From: Candidatus Latescibacterota bacterium | Lineage (GTDB): Bacteria; Latescibacterota; UBA2968 | Direction of reading: 5' to 3' | NCBI GenBank assembly: GCA_965207885.1 | Contig: OZ242311.1 | Span: 1,152,001 to 1,216,000, forward strand | DNA: 64,000 nucleotides | Part shown: positions 18,508 to 27,927 of the stretch, piece after piece | Numbering within the stretch: the first letter of the stretch is position 1 | How the letters are laid out: each line of letters begins with the position of its first letter | The notes under the pieces: generated by a model | The model's input: only the letters and a program-made list of their open reading frames with translations | What the model was told of the DNA's origin: nothing | Database searches by the model: none | Program-made: the position numbers and the translations under genes

Positions 18508-18582
18508 TGGACTTGACCCGTTTTAGTGGATAGTGCGGAAAGCACCCTTTATGCTGTTATGAGCCAAAACGAGTCCAGTCTA
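18508..18582. mobile_element. Second miniature IS3-derived element (75 bp)
   Basis: Left end TGGACTTGACCCGTTTTAGTGGA is near-identical to the IS3 IR; right end CCAAAACGAGTCCAGTCTA is a degenerate inverted copy. Confidence 0.7.
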
Positions 18583-18603
18583 AGGTTACAGAGAAACTAT
18601 CGC

Positions 18604-18930
18604 CTATTTTATTTGCCTATCAAGTCCTGATAGCGCACTCTTCTCATAGCAGGCACTTTGCCCTGGATATTGCTCCTTGATCATTTGCCAAAATTCCCTT
18701 CTTTGTCTCTCCTTGCTTTTAACCTGGAGTAACGGCTGCAACCGATAGACAGATAGGAAACTCAGTCCTGGGTCTGAGTCATCCAGATCAAGAATAAAGT
18801 CTTTAATTTTTTCATCCAGTTTGAGCAACCGTAGAATCAAGCGGGTTTTGGTTCTCGAAATGCCTACCTGTTTAGCAAGTGCGGTCTGAGATTGAACATG
18901 TCCCTTTTCAAGAAGCTTGTGATAATACAA
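18604..18930 (-). CDS. HTH protein of the type found beside site-specific recombinases
   Basis: SQTALAKQVGISRTKTRLILRLLKL HTH. The frame stays open upstream to about 19115 without an ATG. Confidence 0.5.
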   Translation of the reverse strand: MYYHKLLEKGHVQSQTALAKQVGISRTKTRLILRLLKLDEKIKDFILDLDDSDPGLSFLSVYRLQPLLQVKSKERQRREFWQMIKEQYPGQSACYEKSALSGLDRQIK

Positions 18931-19101
18931 GGCCCTTTTGAGATAATTGGGATGGTGCAGTTTTTGGATAAGTAATTGTTTCTGCGGCTTATGTCCGATA
19001 GCGATAATAGGCTTCTTGTTCCTGCGGATGTGGTGGATGAGAAAGTGGTCCCAGACAGTAAAAAGTTCAGTGAATGGTACAGTTGGGCGACCAATAGATT
19101 T

Positions 19102-19135
19102 AAGGGGTCGTGTTATTTAATGCGATCCCTTTTTT
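19102..19135. terminator. Hairpin terminator at the end of phoR
   Basis: AAGGGGTCG...CGATCCCTT followed by a T run. Confidence 0.6.
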
Positions 19136-20957
19136 ATTCCCGTGGCAATGTCAATCCAAATGTCGATCCCTTGCCCTGTTCACTCTCGACATAGACCCGC
19201 TCGCCGTGTGCATCCATGATGTGCCGAACAATTGACAAGCCCAGGCCCGTCCCGCCCATTGCCCGCGACCGCCCTTTATCGACCCGATAAAATCGCTCAA
19301 AGATGCGATCCATATCTGAAAGCGGTACCCCAATACCCGTGTCCTTTACTTCAAGTACAATGCGACGCTTGCGGGTCTGCGTCGCATTTTCACCATGTCT
19401 ATTGCGACGGTCTTCATCTACATTTTCCGCACGCTTGAAATCCCGCGTCTGAATCCAGATTTTACCCCCTTCGGGTGTGTATTTTACGGCGTTGTCGAGC
19501 AAATTGAGCAATGCCTGTTCGATGAGCTTGCGGTCGCATTGCACCTGCACGTTTTCTTTTGTGTTTATCTCGATGGCAAGGTTTTTTTCTTTTGACAGTG
19601 GGCGTATCTGTCTAACGACGGAATTGACTATCTCCTGCAAGGGATATACGTCGATCTCAAGAGGCAGAGCACCTGATTCTATACGCGATAGATCCAGAAT
19701 ATCTTCTACCAGATTGTGCAGGCGATCCGCATGGGTGTTAATCATTTGCACGAATCGCTGTGAGGCTTCTTTGTTGTCTAAGGCGCCGTCTGCCAGCGTG
19801 GCTGCACATCCCTTAATGGTTGTAAGCGGGGTGCGCAATTCATGTGAAACATTGGCGACAAAATCTTTGCGAATGCGCTCCAGGCGGCGCAGTTCAGTGA
19901 TGTCGTAAAAAATAGTTACAGAACCCGCGATATGATCCTCTTGCAAAATAGGTGCAATCTGTACATCGAAATGGCGTTCTCGGCCATCTGAACGGGTGAG
20001 ATCTAAAAATGCCACTTGTCCGGTTGATAGGGTTTGCTCAATCGCATCTTGCACATCCCGATGGCGCACAAGCTCAATGGGCATGCGCCCTTCAATGGCG
20101 TCGGATACACCAAATAGCTTTTCAAATGTCTGATTGCCCATCAGGATGCGACCATTCTGGTCCGTGACCAGAATCGCTTCTGTAATGCTCGGCAAGACGG
20201 CTTCTAAACGCGATTTTTCAAGTGTGATTTGCCCGATGTGCGCCTGGACTTGCCGGCGCATGTCGTCTAATGCCGTGCCCAAATCGCGCAATTCTCGTGT
20301 GGATCTAATGCGGAGAGCAGGGTGTTTTAATCTCCCTGAAGCAATGTTTTGGACGAACCAGATGGCATCTAAAATCGGGCGCGAGATATATCGCGAGGTG
20401 GCATAAGCCAATAACAAGGCGAGGCATAATCCCAGTATCGATGTCATCCATATCGCCTGTGCAATCAGTTGTTCTATATGCCCCATATCGCGCAGGGGCA
20501 GGGCCAATCTCAGGACAAGATTTCCGTCGCCAATTTCCGGTACTGTAGTTGCGACATATAATATTTCGATATCCTGTGCCTTGCTATAACGCAAGCTACT
20601 TCCCCGCCCCTGTTGAAGTGCCGCGCTGATTTCTGGATGATCGGCGTGATTTTCCAGCGCACTCAGATCAGATAGGTCGGTTTCCGAATCGGCTAATACG
20701 CGCCCTTGACCGTTGAGCAACGTTGCACGCACGCCCAAACGCACGCCCACTTCATCGACAAGCGGGACGAGTCCCTCATCGGTATTTGCCACCTCGCTGA
20801 TATGCACGCGGGCAAAACGCACCTCGCGCAAAAGTCTCTGTTCGAGATGATGAACCCAAAAGTCGCGTATGACGTGATCCAGGTACAGATGTGCAGATGC
20901 CAGTACCAGTACCAGTACAGAAAGGCAGGCGAGCATCCATTTCCAGTGCAAACGCAT
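19134..20957 (-). CDS. phoR: PhoR-type sensor histidine kinase
   Basis: ENHADHPEI sensor motif, HAMP, PAS, KDFVANVSHELRTPLT, FYRVDKGRSR. Start MRLHWKW directly follows the regulator. Confidence 0.85.
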   Translation of the reverse strand: MRLHWKWMLACLSVLVLVLASAHLYLDHVIRDFWVHHLEQRLLREVRFARVHISEVANTDEGLVPLVDEVGVRLGVRATLLNGQGRVLADSETDLSDLSALENHADHPEISAALQQGRGSSLRYSKAQDIEILYVATTVPEIGDGNLVLRLALPLRDMGHIEQLIAQAIWMTSILGLCLALLLAYATSRYISRPILDAIWFVQNIASGRLKHPALRIRSTRELRDLGTALDDMRRQVQAHIGQITLEKSRLEAVLPSITEAILVTDQNGRILMGNQTFEKLFGVSDAIEGRMPIELVRHRDVQDAIEQTLSTGQVAFLDLTRSDGRERHFDVQIAPILQEDHIAGSVTIFYDITELRRLERIRKDFVANVSHELRTPLTTIKGCAATLADGALDNKEASQRFVQMINTHADRLHNLVEDILDLSRIESGALPLEIDVYPLQEIVNSVVRQIRPLSKEKNLAIEINTKENVQVQCDRKLIEQALLNLLDNAVKYTPEGGKIWIQTRDFKRAENVDEDRRNRHGENATQTRKRRIVLEVKDTGIGVPLSDMDRIFERFYRVDKGRSRAMGGTGLGLSIVRHIMDAHGERVYVESEQGKGSTFGLTLPRE

Positions 20958-20958
20958 T

Positions 20959-21651
20959 CTATACTCTCTCTCGGCGGAATCGATAACCCACGCCTCGCAC
21001 GGTTTCGATCCATTCGCTCGCTTCGCCGAGTTTCTCGCGCAACCGCCTGATGTGCGTATCAACCGTGCGCCCATAACCACTGTATTCATAACCCCATACT
21101 GTATCGAGTAAATCGTCGCGTGTTTGCACGCGTCCGCGGCGTTCGATCAGGGTTATGAGCAGCTTAAATTCTGTGCCTGTCAATTCTAATGGGTCACCGT
21201 TTAACAGGGCCTGGTGTGCGGCTTTATCGATAGATATCGGTCCCGTATGCAACCAGGCATCAATTATTGATTGTCCACTGTCCTGACTGCGCCGCAGAAT
21301 CGCCTGTGCCCTCAAGACGAGTTCGCGCGGGGAAAAGGGTTTGACAACGTAGTCATCGGCTCCCAACTCCAATCCCACAATGCGATCTACTTCCTCTTTG
21401 CGCGCGGTCAACATTAAGATGGGTATGTGACGGGTTCGAGCATCTTGTTTTAATTGCCTGCACATATCCAGTCCGTCGATGCCCGGCAGCATCAGGTCCA
21501 GTATGATCAAATCTGGCAGAATCTCCTGAACGCTCTGGAGGGCACGCTCGGCATCTTCTGCTGTTTCAACATCTAACCCAGCTTGATCGAGGTTGTAGCG
21601 CACCATTTCCAAAATATCAGGTTCGTCTTCAACCACCAGAATTTTATTCAT
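20959..21651 (-). CDS. phoB: PhoB/OmpR-family response regulator
   Basis: REC plus winged helix (RTVDTHIRRLREKLG), paired with a PhoR-type kinase. Confidence 0.8.
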   Translation of the reverse strand: MNKILVVEDEPDILEMVRYNLDQAGLDVETAEDAERALQSVQEILPDLIILDLMLPGIDGLDMCRQLKQDARTRHIPILMLTARKEEVDRIVGLELGADDYVVKPFSPRELVLRAQAILRRSQDSGQSIIDAWLHTGPISIDKAAHQALLNGDPLELTGTEFKLLITLIERRGRVQTRDDLLDTVWGYEYSGYGRTVDTHIRRLREKLGEASEWIETVRGVGYRFRRERV

Positions 21652-21720
21652 TTTATTCTCCTGGTATGAAAATGAATAATGTACATACTTTTACAATATA
21701 AATATAACACGGTGGCCAAA

Positions 21721-23949
21721 TTATTGTGATCGTTTGAGAACAAACACCATGTCAATGGCTTGTAATTGTTCGGTCAGCGTATCCAGGGCGCTCAGTTCAG
21801 ACAGGTTGACAGGTGTTTGCAATAGGCGCTGAATATTTCGATGGTCAAAGATGCGTTGCGGTGGCGTTTCGTAGCCTTTTGTTTCTACGCGAATCTGGCT
21901 GGTCGCAGGTACCCAAATTTGAAATGTTCCGTGTCGGGCTACTGTCTGCAGGACTGTTCTGCCAATGGGATCAACCGCTCGAACTATGGCCTGGGGTACG
22001 GGAGAATTGTCGCTCATTTCTATTTTGCCCTGTACTATAGCCCGAACAGGTTGGGGAGGCGCGAAATTTTTTGTTTCGAAGTAGATCGGATTCGTCAATG
22101 CCACGCGCGATGTGTCTGCACCATAGCACCGGGCGAGGTACCAGCAGTTGACAGTATCTTCGAGTGTTGTCGATATCCGATATTTCCGGGGTTGTTCTTC
22201 CAAATCCCAACTCTGAATTACCCGTGCATTGCGGATTAGTTCAATGCGCGTCAAATACGCATCGGATTTTGCGGCTGCCCAGGCGTGAATTATTGCCCGT
22301 CTTTTGTGGCCTGCTGGCAATTGGTTGCCGGGTCCCGCTGCAAAGATGGATAATGAGATCAGAGGCCCGTTGGTTATCATATTTTGTCCGTTGGCTATTG
22401 CGCGCATTAGTCTATCGGCGGTCAGGTCGCCGGGCACCTGTGTGTATGTGCGAAAATGTTCGTCGGAAAAAGCTGTACCTGCAATGCGATACCCCCGGTT
22501 GAGCAGTGCAAACCAGATTGCTCGTGCATGGGGATGTGCGACATCGAGTGCGTCAAAAGCAGGACCAGCGAGAATATCGAATAACGATGTGCCCAGAATA
22601 TCTGTATAGCCAGTAATACCTCGGTCTAAACGCGCCTGGGCATGTACTTCAAATCCGGCTTGCTCGGGAGTAAATAGCCCCGTGGTGCCCAATACCCATT
22701 GTTTTCCCCCGCGGGTTTCAACATATTTGCCGGGTAGTGTCAGTATCGAATCTCCATTCACATTCACTGGCAAAGCTGCCCAGTCCAGTCCGCGCGCCCG
22801 CGCGTCATTGGCAGTGCTGTTGAGAAGATCGCCAGCCACCCATCCTCTCGCATGGAGGTCTCCCCAGGGTTTGAAGGGCAATTCTATCATGTGTTCACGA
22901 CCAGGCACGAGGTGCAAGACCTGTGGTTCTGGCGGCAGGTGCGCAAAACCGCGCATTGCGGATACGGTGATTGTTTGGGGTGGTAGATCAATTGCAAATT
23001 CACTGTTGGCAACAAAGCCGCGTTCTGCAAATCCCGTCTGTAAAATAGTACCCAGAGAATCGGCGACGATTATCCGGCCCAATAGGGGTTGCCCGGTTTC
23101 GGCGTTGAAAAGACGACCGCGCAATCGGGTCGCTTTTTTGTCGCCAATGTATGCCCGGGCGCTGAGGTGGGCCAACCTCGCCCGCACATAGATGCCGCCC
23201 ATATTTTCATCGGCGTCGCGCAATGTGGCTGTCGCTGTGCCATTTTCTATTTGTGCCCAGGGGGTTATTTGCCCGCGACTCGCTTCGAAGATAACCACGG
23301 CTCCATTATGAGAAATCACACTGTCTTGTTGAGTTACCTGGTGGGGTAGCGCGACAACGCTGTCGTGTATTGTTACGCGTACTCTTGAGACGCGCGTGCC
23401 ACTTGTGGGAAAATCCGTTGCTTTTAATTGAAGACCTGGGGGCATTCGCGGTGCGATTTTGTGTAGTCGCACGTCGTCAAAAGCCGCCTCTTTTCCGTCT
23501 ATAAGACATATCACATGTGCAAACACGGCTTTTGTTGGCACCACAAAAGTCCCGGCCCATTCCGTCCACGACGCGCTTGTTACTTCTGTTGTTGTCCCGC
23601 TTTCGCCCACCGGAGTCTGATCTTCTGCCAACCATTGGATGCGTGCAAAAGCCCTTGCGCTGTCGGCACGCGCCCATCCGATTAAGACATAAACGGCTCC
23701 CGGCTGAATATCGATGGGATCGCTGATCAGTGCAGTGGGTTCTCCCCGCGGTCCTCCCAGCATAAGGACTGAGGTTTTGCCGCTGTGAGCGCGTTCGTGT
23801 TCGACCATGATCCGCGTAGAATCGGGTACGGGAGACCAATTTACAGGTATCTGCGATGCTGTTATTTGTTCAAACCCCCCGTTGGGCACATCTGCCCAAA
23901 GGTGTGGGGCGAGCGATAAAAAGAAAAACAGACACCATATACGGATCAT
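21721..23949 (-). CDS. Secreted CehA/McbA-like metallohydrolase with an N-terminal carbohydrate-binding module
   Basis: Signal peptide, NGGFE CBM start, GWVAGD, WFALLNRG, TNGP and ALTNPIY. Metal ligands look degenerate. Confidence 0.6.
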   Translation of the reverse strand: MIRIWCLFFFLSLAPHLWADVPNGGFEQITASQIPVNWSPVPDSTRIMVEHERAHSGKTSVLMLGGPRGEPTALISDPIDIQPGAVYVLIGWARADSARAFARIQWLAEDQTPVGESGTTTEVTSASWTEWAGTFVVPTKAVFAHVICLIDGKEAAFDDVRLHKIAPRMPPGLQLKATDFPTSGTRVSRVRVTIHDSVVALPHQVTQQDSVISHNGAVVIFEASRGQITPWAQIENGTATATLRDADENMGGIYVRARLAHLSARAYIGDKKATRLRGRLFNAETGQPLLGRIIVADSLGTILQTGFAERGFVANSEFAIDLPPQTITVSAMRGFAHLPPEPQVLHLVPGREHMIELPFKPWGDLHARGWVAGDLLNSTANDARARGLDWAALPVNVNGDSILTLPGKYVETRGGKQWVLGTTGLFTPEQAGFEVHAQARLDRGITGYTDILGTSLFDILAGPAFDALDVAHPHARAIWFALLNRGYRIAGTAFSDEHFRTYTQVPGDLTADRLMRAIANGQNMITNGPLISLSIFAAGPGNQLPAGHKRRAIIHAWAAAKSDAYLTRIELIRNARVIQSWDLEEQPRKYRISTTLEDTVNCWYLARCYGADTSRVALTNPIYFETKNFAPPQPVRAIVQGKIEMSDNSPVPQAIVRAVDPIGRTVLQTVARHGTFQIWVPATSQIRVETKGYETPPQRIFDHRNIQRLLQTPVNLSELSALDTLTEQLQAIDMVFVLKRSQ

Positions 23950-23964
23950 GCTCTTGTATCCTTT

Positions 23965-25923
23965 TTATTCCATGACAAATTGAATATCATCTGCCCAGGG
24001 ATCTACCCGCGTCAGGCGCACGCTTATGCGTTCACCCACGCGGATTTGTCCCGACAAGCGCATGTCAACTTGCAGGGCATAGTCCGGGATTTCGATCCGG
24101 GCGCGGTGGTCCCAGGTATTTAACACGAGTGCGTCAAATACCTGCCCTCTGTATTGCACGAGATGGTGGAATATCCAGTATCGCTCTCTGCGCTGTTCCA
24201 GGCGGTTGATCAGGCGGAGGCGTTCTTCGAGGTAGGGACAAAGTGTCGTCAGGTCATCTATGGAATAGGGCAAGGCCCTGTTGTCGATGATGGCGACGAG
24301 TTGTCGCTGTGATACCAGGTCTATGAATCGTCTCAAGGGAGATGTGGTCTGGCAATAGGGTTCTACCCCCAGGCCACCGTGCAGACCGGGTTGTAGTGAG
24401 ATTGCAGCTGCACGCATGCGCGTCAGTGTCTGATAGCGGTGTACTTGCTCGCTATCCGTGGGTTCTAAATCGGAGAGGTCGGGCGCGTCTTGTACGCGAA
24501 AGATCGCGGGTGCGTTTTGTTCAACACACAATTTTGCAGCTTCGACATTGGCTTTGACCATCAGTTCGCTGACCAGCAAATCAGCCCTGGAGTCGCGTTT
24601 TTTTATTTCGATATTCACGGTTCCTTCAGCCGAGATATTCACGCGGCGATCAACTTGATCAACCGCTACAGCACCGGCTTCGACGCGCTGTATTAAAAGC
24701 GATTCTGCCGTGTCAAATAGGGCTGATAATATCGCGTGCCTGGGATGCGTCGCATCGTCGAGTATTGCGTCTGCTTCGTCATAACTCAGTTTTTCGCAAC
24801 ACCGGATGACGGAAAGCGTCCAGGCCGGGGTTTCCATTGCGCCATCTGATCCCACATCCCACAAGAGGCTTACGGCCAACCGATTCTCATTCGGGATGAG
24901 ACTGCCCAGATTTTCCGATAGAACGGGCGGCAACATGGGGTATTTGGTCTCTGGAAAGTAGAGGCTTGCGCCGCGGTTTCTGGCTTCTTCATCGAGAGCT
25001 GAATGCGCGGGGATCAACGAGGAGACGTCGGTAATATGCACGCCGATTTGATGGCTGCCGTCTTCTCGAAATTGAACTGATATCGCATCGTCCATATCTG
25101 TTGTCGATGCGTCGTCAATGGTCACGGCATCTATATGCGTCAGGTCCTGACGATTTGCAAATAGCGCTCTGTTATACATGGCTTGAATCGCGTCCGCTTC
25201 TTTGATCAATGGGTCGGGAAAATTCAGGGGTACATCTTCGCGCATCAATTCGACAAAGGCATGCCGATCCCATATGCCTTCGGCGACTAAGCGATCAAAA
25301 GCTTTCCGCGCAGAGATGGTCTCGCTGGCCATGCGTTCCAGCCAGTGTGCATGTTTGCTTTGTTCGCCGTGTAGTGCGACGTCTTTTATCCGTTCGATCC
25401 ATTCGTCTTTGCCGGTGCCCTGAAACTGAAGCCATTTCAAAAATGCCTCTCGTTCCGCTTCTCGTTCTTTGTCGCGGGCGACTATTTCCAATCTGTGGCT
25501 GACTTCTGTCCGATCAAGTGCGCGAAATCTCCGTCCTTCGGCATCGAAGTAGGCACTCGTTTCCAATGCGACTAAAAATGCCGACATTTGTTCCGATGTC
25601 GGCGTGTGATTGTAATGCAATTCGGTCAGTTCGTTCAGATCCCAGATTTCATCTTCTTCTACGACGAGTTCCCACAGGTCGCAAAGGTCAATGTCGGCGC
25701 TTGTAGCTTCTGCCCGATTGAGCCACGCTGTGCCAGCGGTTTTGTCATTTCCGATGTGTCCAGTTGTCTGAAGTATATTTTCTATGGGTACATTGTGCGA
25801 TGTACGCGCCGATACCGCAAATCTGGCTCTGGTATGTGAGATGTTGACACACACGCCCGCCATTAACCGATTTCTGTAGCGGAACAAAGCTATTTCGTTT
25901 TCTTTGGGTAAAGTATAATTCAT
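23965..25923 (-). CDS. RNB-domain exoribonuclease (RNase II family)
   Basis: TIDDASTTDMDDAIS, VHITDV and TSPLRRFIDL motifs. Confidence 0.9.
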   Translation of the reverse strand: MNYTLPKENEIALFRYRNRLMAGVCVNISHTRARFAVSARTSHNVPIENILQTTGHIGNDKTAGTAWLNRAEATSADIDLCDLWELVVEEDEIWDLNELTELHYNHTPTSEQMSAFLVALETSAYFDAEGRRFRALDRTEVSHRLEIVARDKEREAEREAFLKWLQFQGTGKDEWIERIKDVALHGEQSKHAHWLERMASETISARKAFDRLVAEGIWDRHAFVELMREDVPLNFPDPLIKEADAIQAMYNRALFANRQDLTHIDAVTIDDASTTDMDDAISVQFREDGSHQIGVHITDVSSLIPAHSALDEEARNRGASLYFPETKYPMLPPVLSENLGSLIPNENRLAVSLLWDVGSDGAMETPAWTLSVIRCCEKLSYDEADAILDDATHPRHAILSALFDTAESLLIQRVEAGAVAVDQVDRRVNISAEGTVNIEIKKRDSRADLLVSELMVKANVEAAKLCVEQNAPAIFRVQDAPDLSDLEPTDSEQVHRYQTLTRMRAAAISLQPGLHGGLGVEPYCQTTSPLRRFIDLVSQRQLVAIIDNRALPYSIDDLTTLCPYLEERLRLINRLEQRRERYWIFHHLVQYRGQVFDALVLNTWDHRARIEIPDYALQVDMRLSGQIRVGERISVRLTRVDPWADDIQFVME

Positions 25924-25990
25924 ACACAATTTGTGTACATCAAGTAAAACGGCAGACGATACAATCCGTCTGCCGCCAGTCGATGCATCC

Positions 25991-26428
25991 CTATATTGTG
26001 GGCAACAATGCCTCGGGATGTTTTCGCGCATCCACGTTGGTATGGATTTGTGCGATTGTCCCATCGGGTGCAATGAGGTATGTCATGCGTTTGGCAGCGC
26101 GGTCCGATGCCGATTGACAAGCCCCGTAAGATAGACAGATTTCGCGTTCTGTGTCGCACAATAAGGGATATTCAAATTCCTGTGTTTTTGCAAATTTGGC
26201 ATTGGCTTCTACACTGTCTGTGCTCACGCCCAGAATTTGCACATTTCTATCTGCATAGTCACGGATTCGCTCCTGGAATCCCACACCTTCAGCCGTTCAG
26301 CCACCCGTGCTTGCTCTGGGATAAAACCAGAGTACGACGGTTTTTCCGCGATAATCACTGAGTTTTACTTCACTGCCTGTGTGGTCTTTGACCAGAAAAT
26401 CAGGCGCAATATCGCCAACATCGAGCAT
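25991..26428 (-). CDS. bcp: BCP/PrxQ peroxiredoxin, predicted selenoprotein (Sec44; UGA at 26299-26297)
   Basis: AGGAGG RBS. Reads MLDVGDIAPDF...WFYPRASTGG-UGA-TAEGVGFQ, so the UGA occupies the peroxidatic Cys of PxxxTxxC and is in frame with ORF 25991-26284. Confidence 0.88.
26263..26281 (-). promoter_or_regulatory. Candidate bacterial SECIS hairpin
   Basis: GGATTC-CAGGAGC-GAATCC, 15 nt after the UGA. Confidence 0.6.
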
Positions 26429-26626
26429 TATGACCTCCTGAAAAAGTTTGGGGTTTTGGAAACGCTGGGAATATAGGCAAACAGGACGGGCAAATCCAGT
26501 GGGAAAAGAGGCAAGGGGCTGAGGACTGGTGGGTGGGGAACTAATTGCGGATCATGAAACAAGCCTTTACCGCATTCCCCGATCTGTGTATCTTGGGATT
26601 GGTAACTGATAACGGAGGATTACTCA

Positions 26627-27340
26627 ATGAAAATTGCACATATTTCCGACTTCCACCTTCGCCACCATATCGAAGGCGATAATATTAAGTGCGGGCCTGA
26701 TCTTATATCCGAAGGTGCGCGTCATATTGCCGCGCATTCTCCCGATTTGGTCGCTGTGACGGGTGATCTGGTCGATTATCCGCTCGATGTATTAGACGAT
26801 CCCGATACGATTGCACTGGGGGAAAAAGATCTCCGTCTCGTGCGTGAATGTTTCGACAGTCTTTCCTGTCCTGTTGCGTATGTGCCTGGCAATCACGATC
26901 ATCCCGCGTCTTTTCGCCGCGTCTTTTGCGATCAGCCTTTTGATTTTGATGCGCAGGGTTTTCGCGCGATTACTTTTTTCGATAAGGAAGGGGATCACAA
27001 TGTCCCGCAGCGCGTTGGGGCGGAACGCGCGCGGTTTCAATCTGTGTTGTCAGATGGCGATCCGCGGCCGCAAATTCATTTGCAACACTATATGATATTT
27101 CCCGAGCATAGCGGAGGATATCCATTTAATTATGGCGATGCGGCGGAGTTGAAAGCTGCACTGCTCGCAGATTCGCGCCACAAGCTCGTGCTTAGTGGGC
27201 ATTATCACGAGGGAGAGGATCTCATGGCGGAAGGTCATGTTTGTTTTGCGACGGCGCGTGCTTTTCGAGAGCCACCCCATCCCTTTCGCGTGTACGAGAT
27301 TGCGGGTATGAATATTACACAGACTGAATATACCCTGTAA
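26627..27340 (+). CDS. Calcineurin-like metallophosphoesterase
   Basis: HISDFH, TGDLVD, PGNHD and SGHYH motifs. Confidence 0.9.
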   Translation: MKIAHISDFHLRHHIEGDNIKCGPDLISEGARHIAAHSPDLVAVTGDLVDYPLDVLDDPDTIALGEKDLRLVRECFDSLSCPVAYVPGNHDHPASFRRVFCDQPFDFDAQGFRAITFFDKEGDHNVPQRVGAERARFQSVLSDGDPRPQIHLQHYMIFPEHSGGYPFNYGDAAELKAALLADSRHKLVLSGHYHEGEDLMAEGHVCFATARAFREPPHPFRVYEIAGMNITQTEYTL

Positions 27341-27351
27341 GTGGAGGTTGT

Positions 27352-27927
27352 GTGACTTTCAAGGCGCGATATATTTTTTTACCAATTGCTGCAATCGCTC
27401 TGGTGATTTGCGTTTTTGTAGTTTTCCTGGATTACCGAGATGCTTTTCACCGCGCTCTCAATGTGCCGCCAACTTCGCATTATGCCGATGATATACCCAA
27501 TTTGGTCACGGCTTATCACTCGCGGTCGGATGCATCAGATCTGCTGTGGACCCTTTCCGAAGCTCTTGCGCCCCAACAGCCTATTCGCCGTCTGGTTTTT
27601 ACACTTTTTCTCGCGTACACATCACAGGATAAGCGCGTTGCCGCATTTTTGCATCACGCGGCGTTTGGTCCCGTGCGCGGTATTGAGCGGGCTTCCCTGT
27701 ATCATTTTGATATTCACCATTCAAAGCTCACGGCTGGCGAGGTTTTGCTGCTTTGCGATCTGGCACAGGGTGCGGATGTTCCGATGAATGATCCCATTGC
27801 CGCGCTGGAACGCCGCGATGCGCTTTTGTCCGATTTGTATGCGCGCGGTTTTTTGTCCCAGACTGTTTATCGCAGCGAGCGCGATCGCGCGCTGTCCCTT
27901 TCTGTCAATCCCATACCGGTGAAGTGA
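27352..27927 (+). CDS. Degenerate transglycosylase-domain (GT51/MtgA-like) membrane protein
   Basis: FGPVRGIERASLYHF...LTAGE and RRDALLSDLYARGFLS resemble the GT51 C-terminal half; catalytic motifs are absent. Confidence 0.5.
   Translation: MTFKARYIFLPIAAIALVICVFVVFLDYRDAFHRALNVPPTSHYADDIPNLVTAYHSRSDASDLLWTLSEALAPQQPIRRLVFTLFLAYTSQDKRVAAFLHHAAFGPVRGIERASLYHFDIHHSKLTAGEVLLLCDLAQGADVPMNDPIAALERRDALLSDLYARGFLSQTVYRSERDRALSLSVNPIPVK

Noticed and set aside
21676-21712. Pho box upstream of phoB
   Set aside because: TACA/TAACA half-sites are present but spacing is irregular (10 and about 14 nt) in AT-rich DNA; too weak to call.
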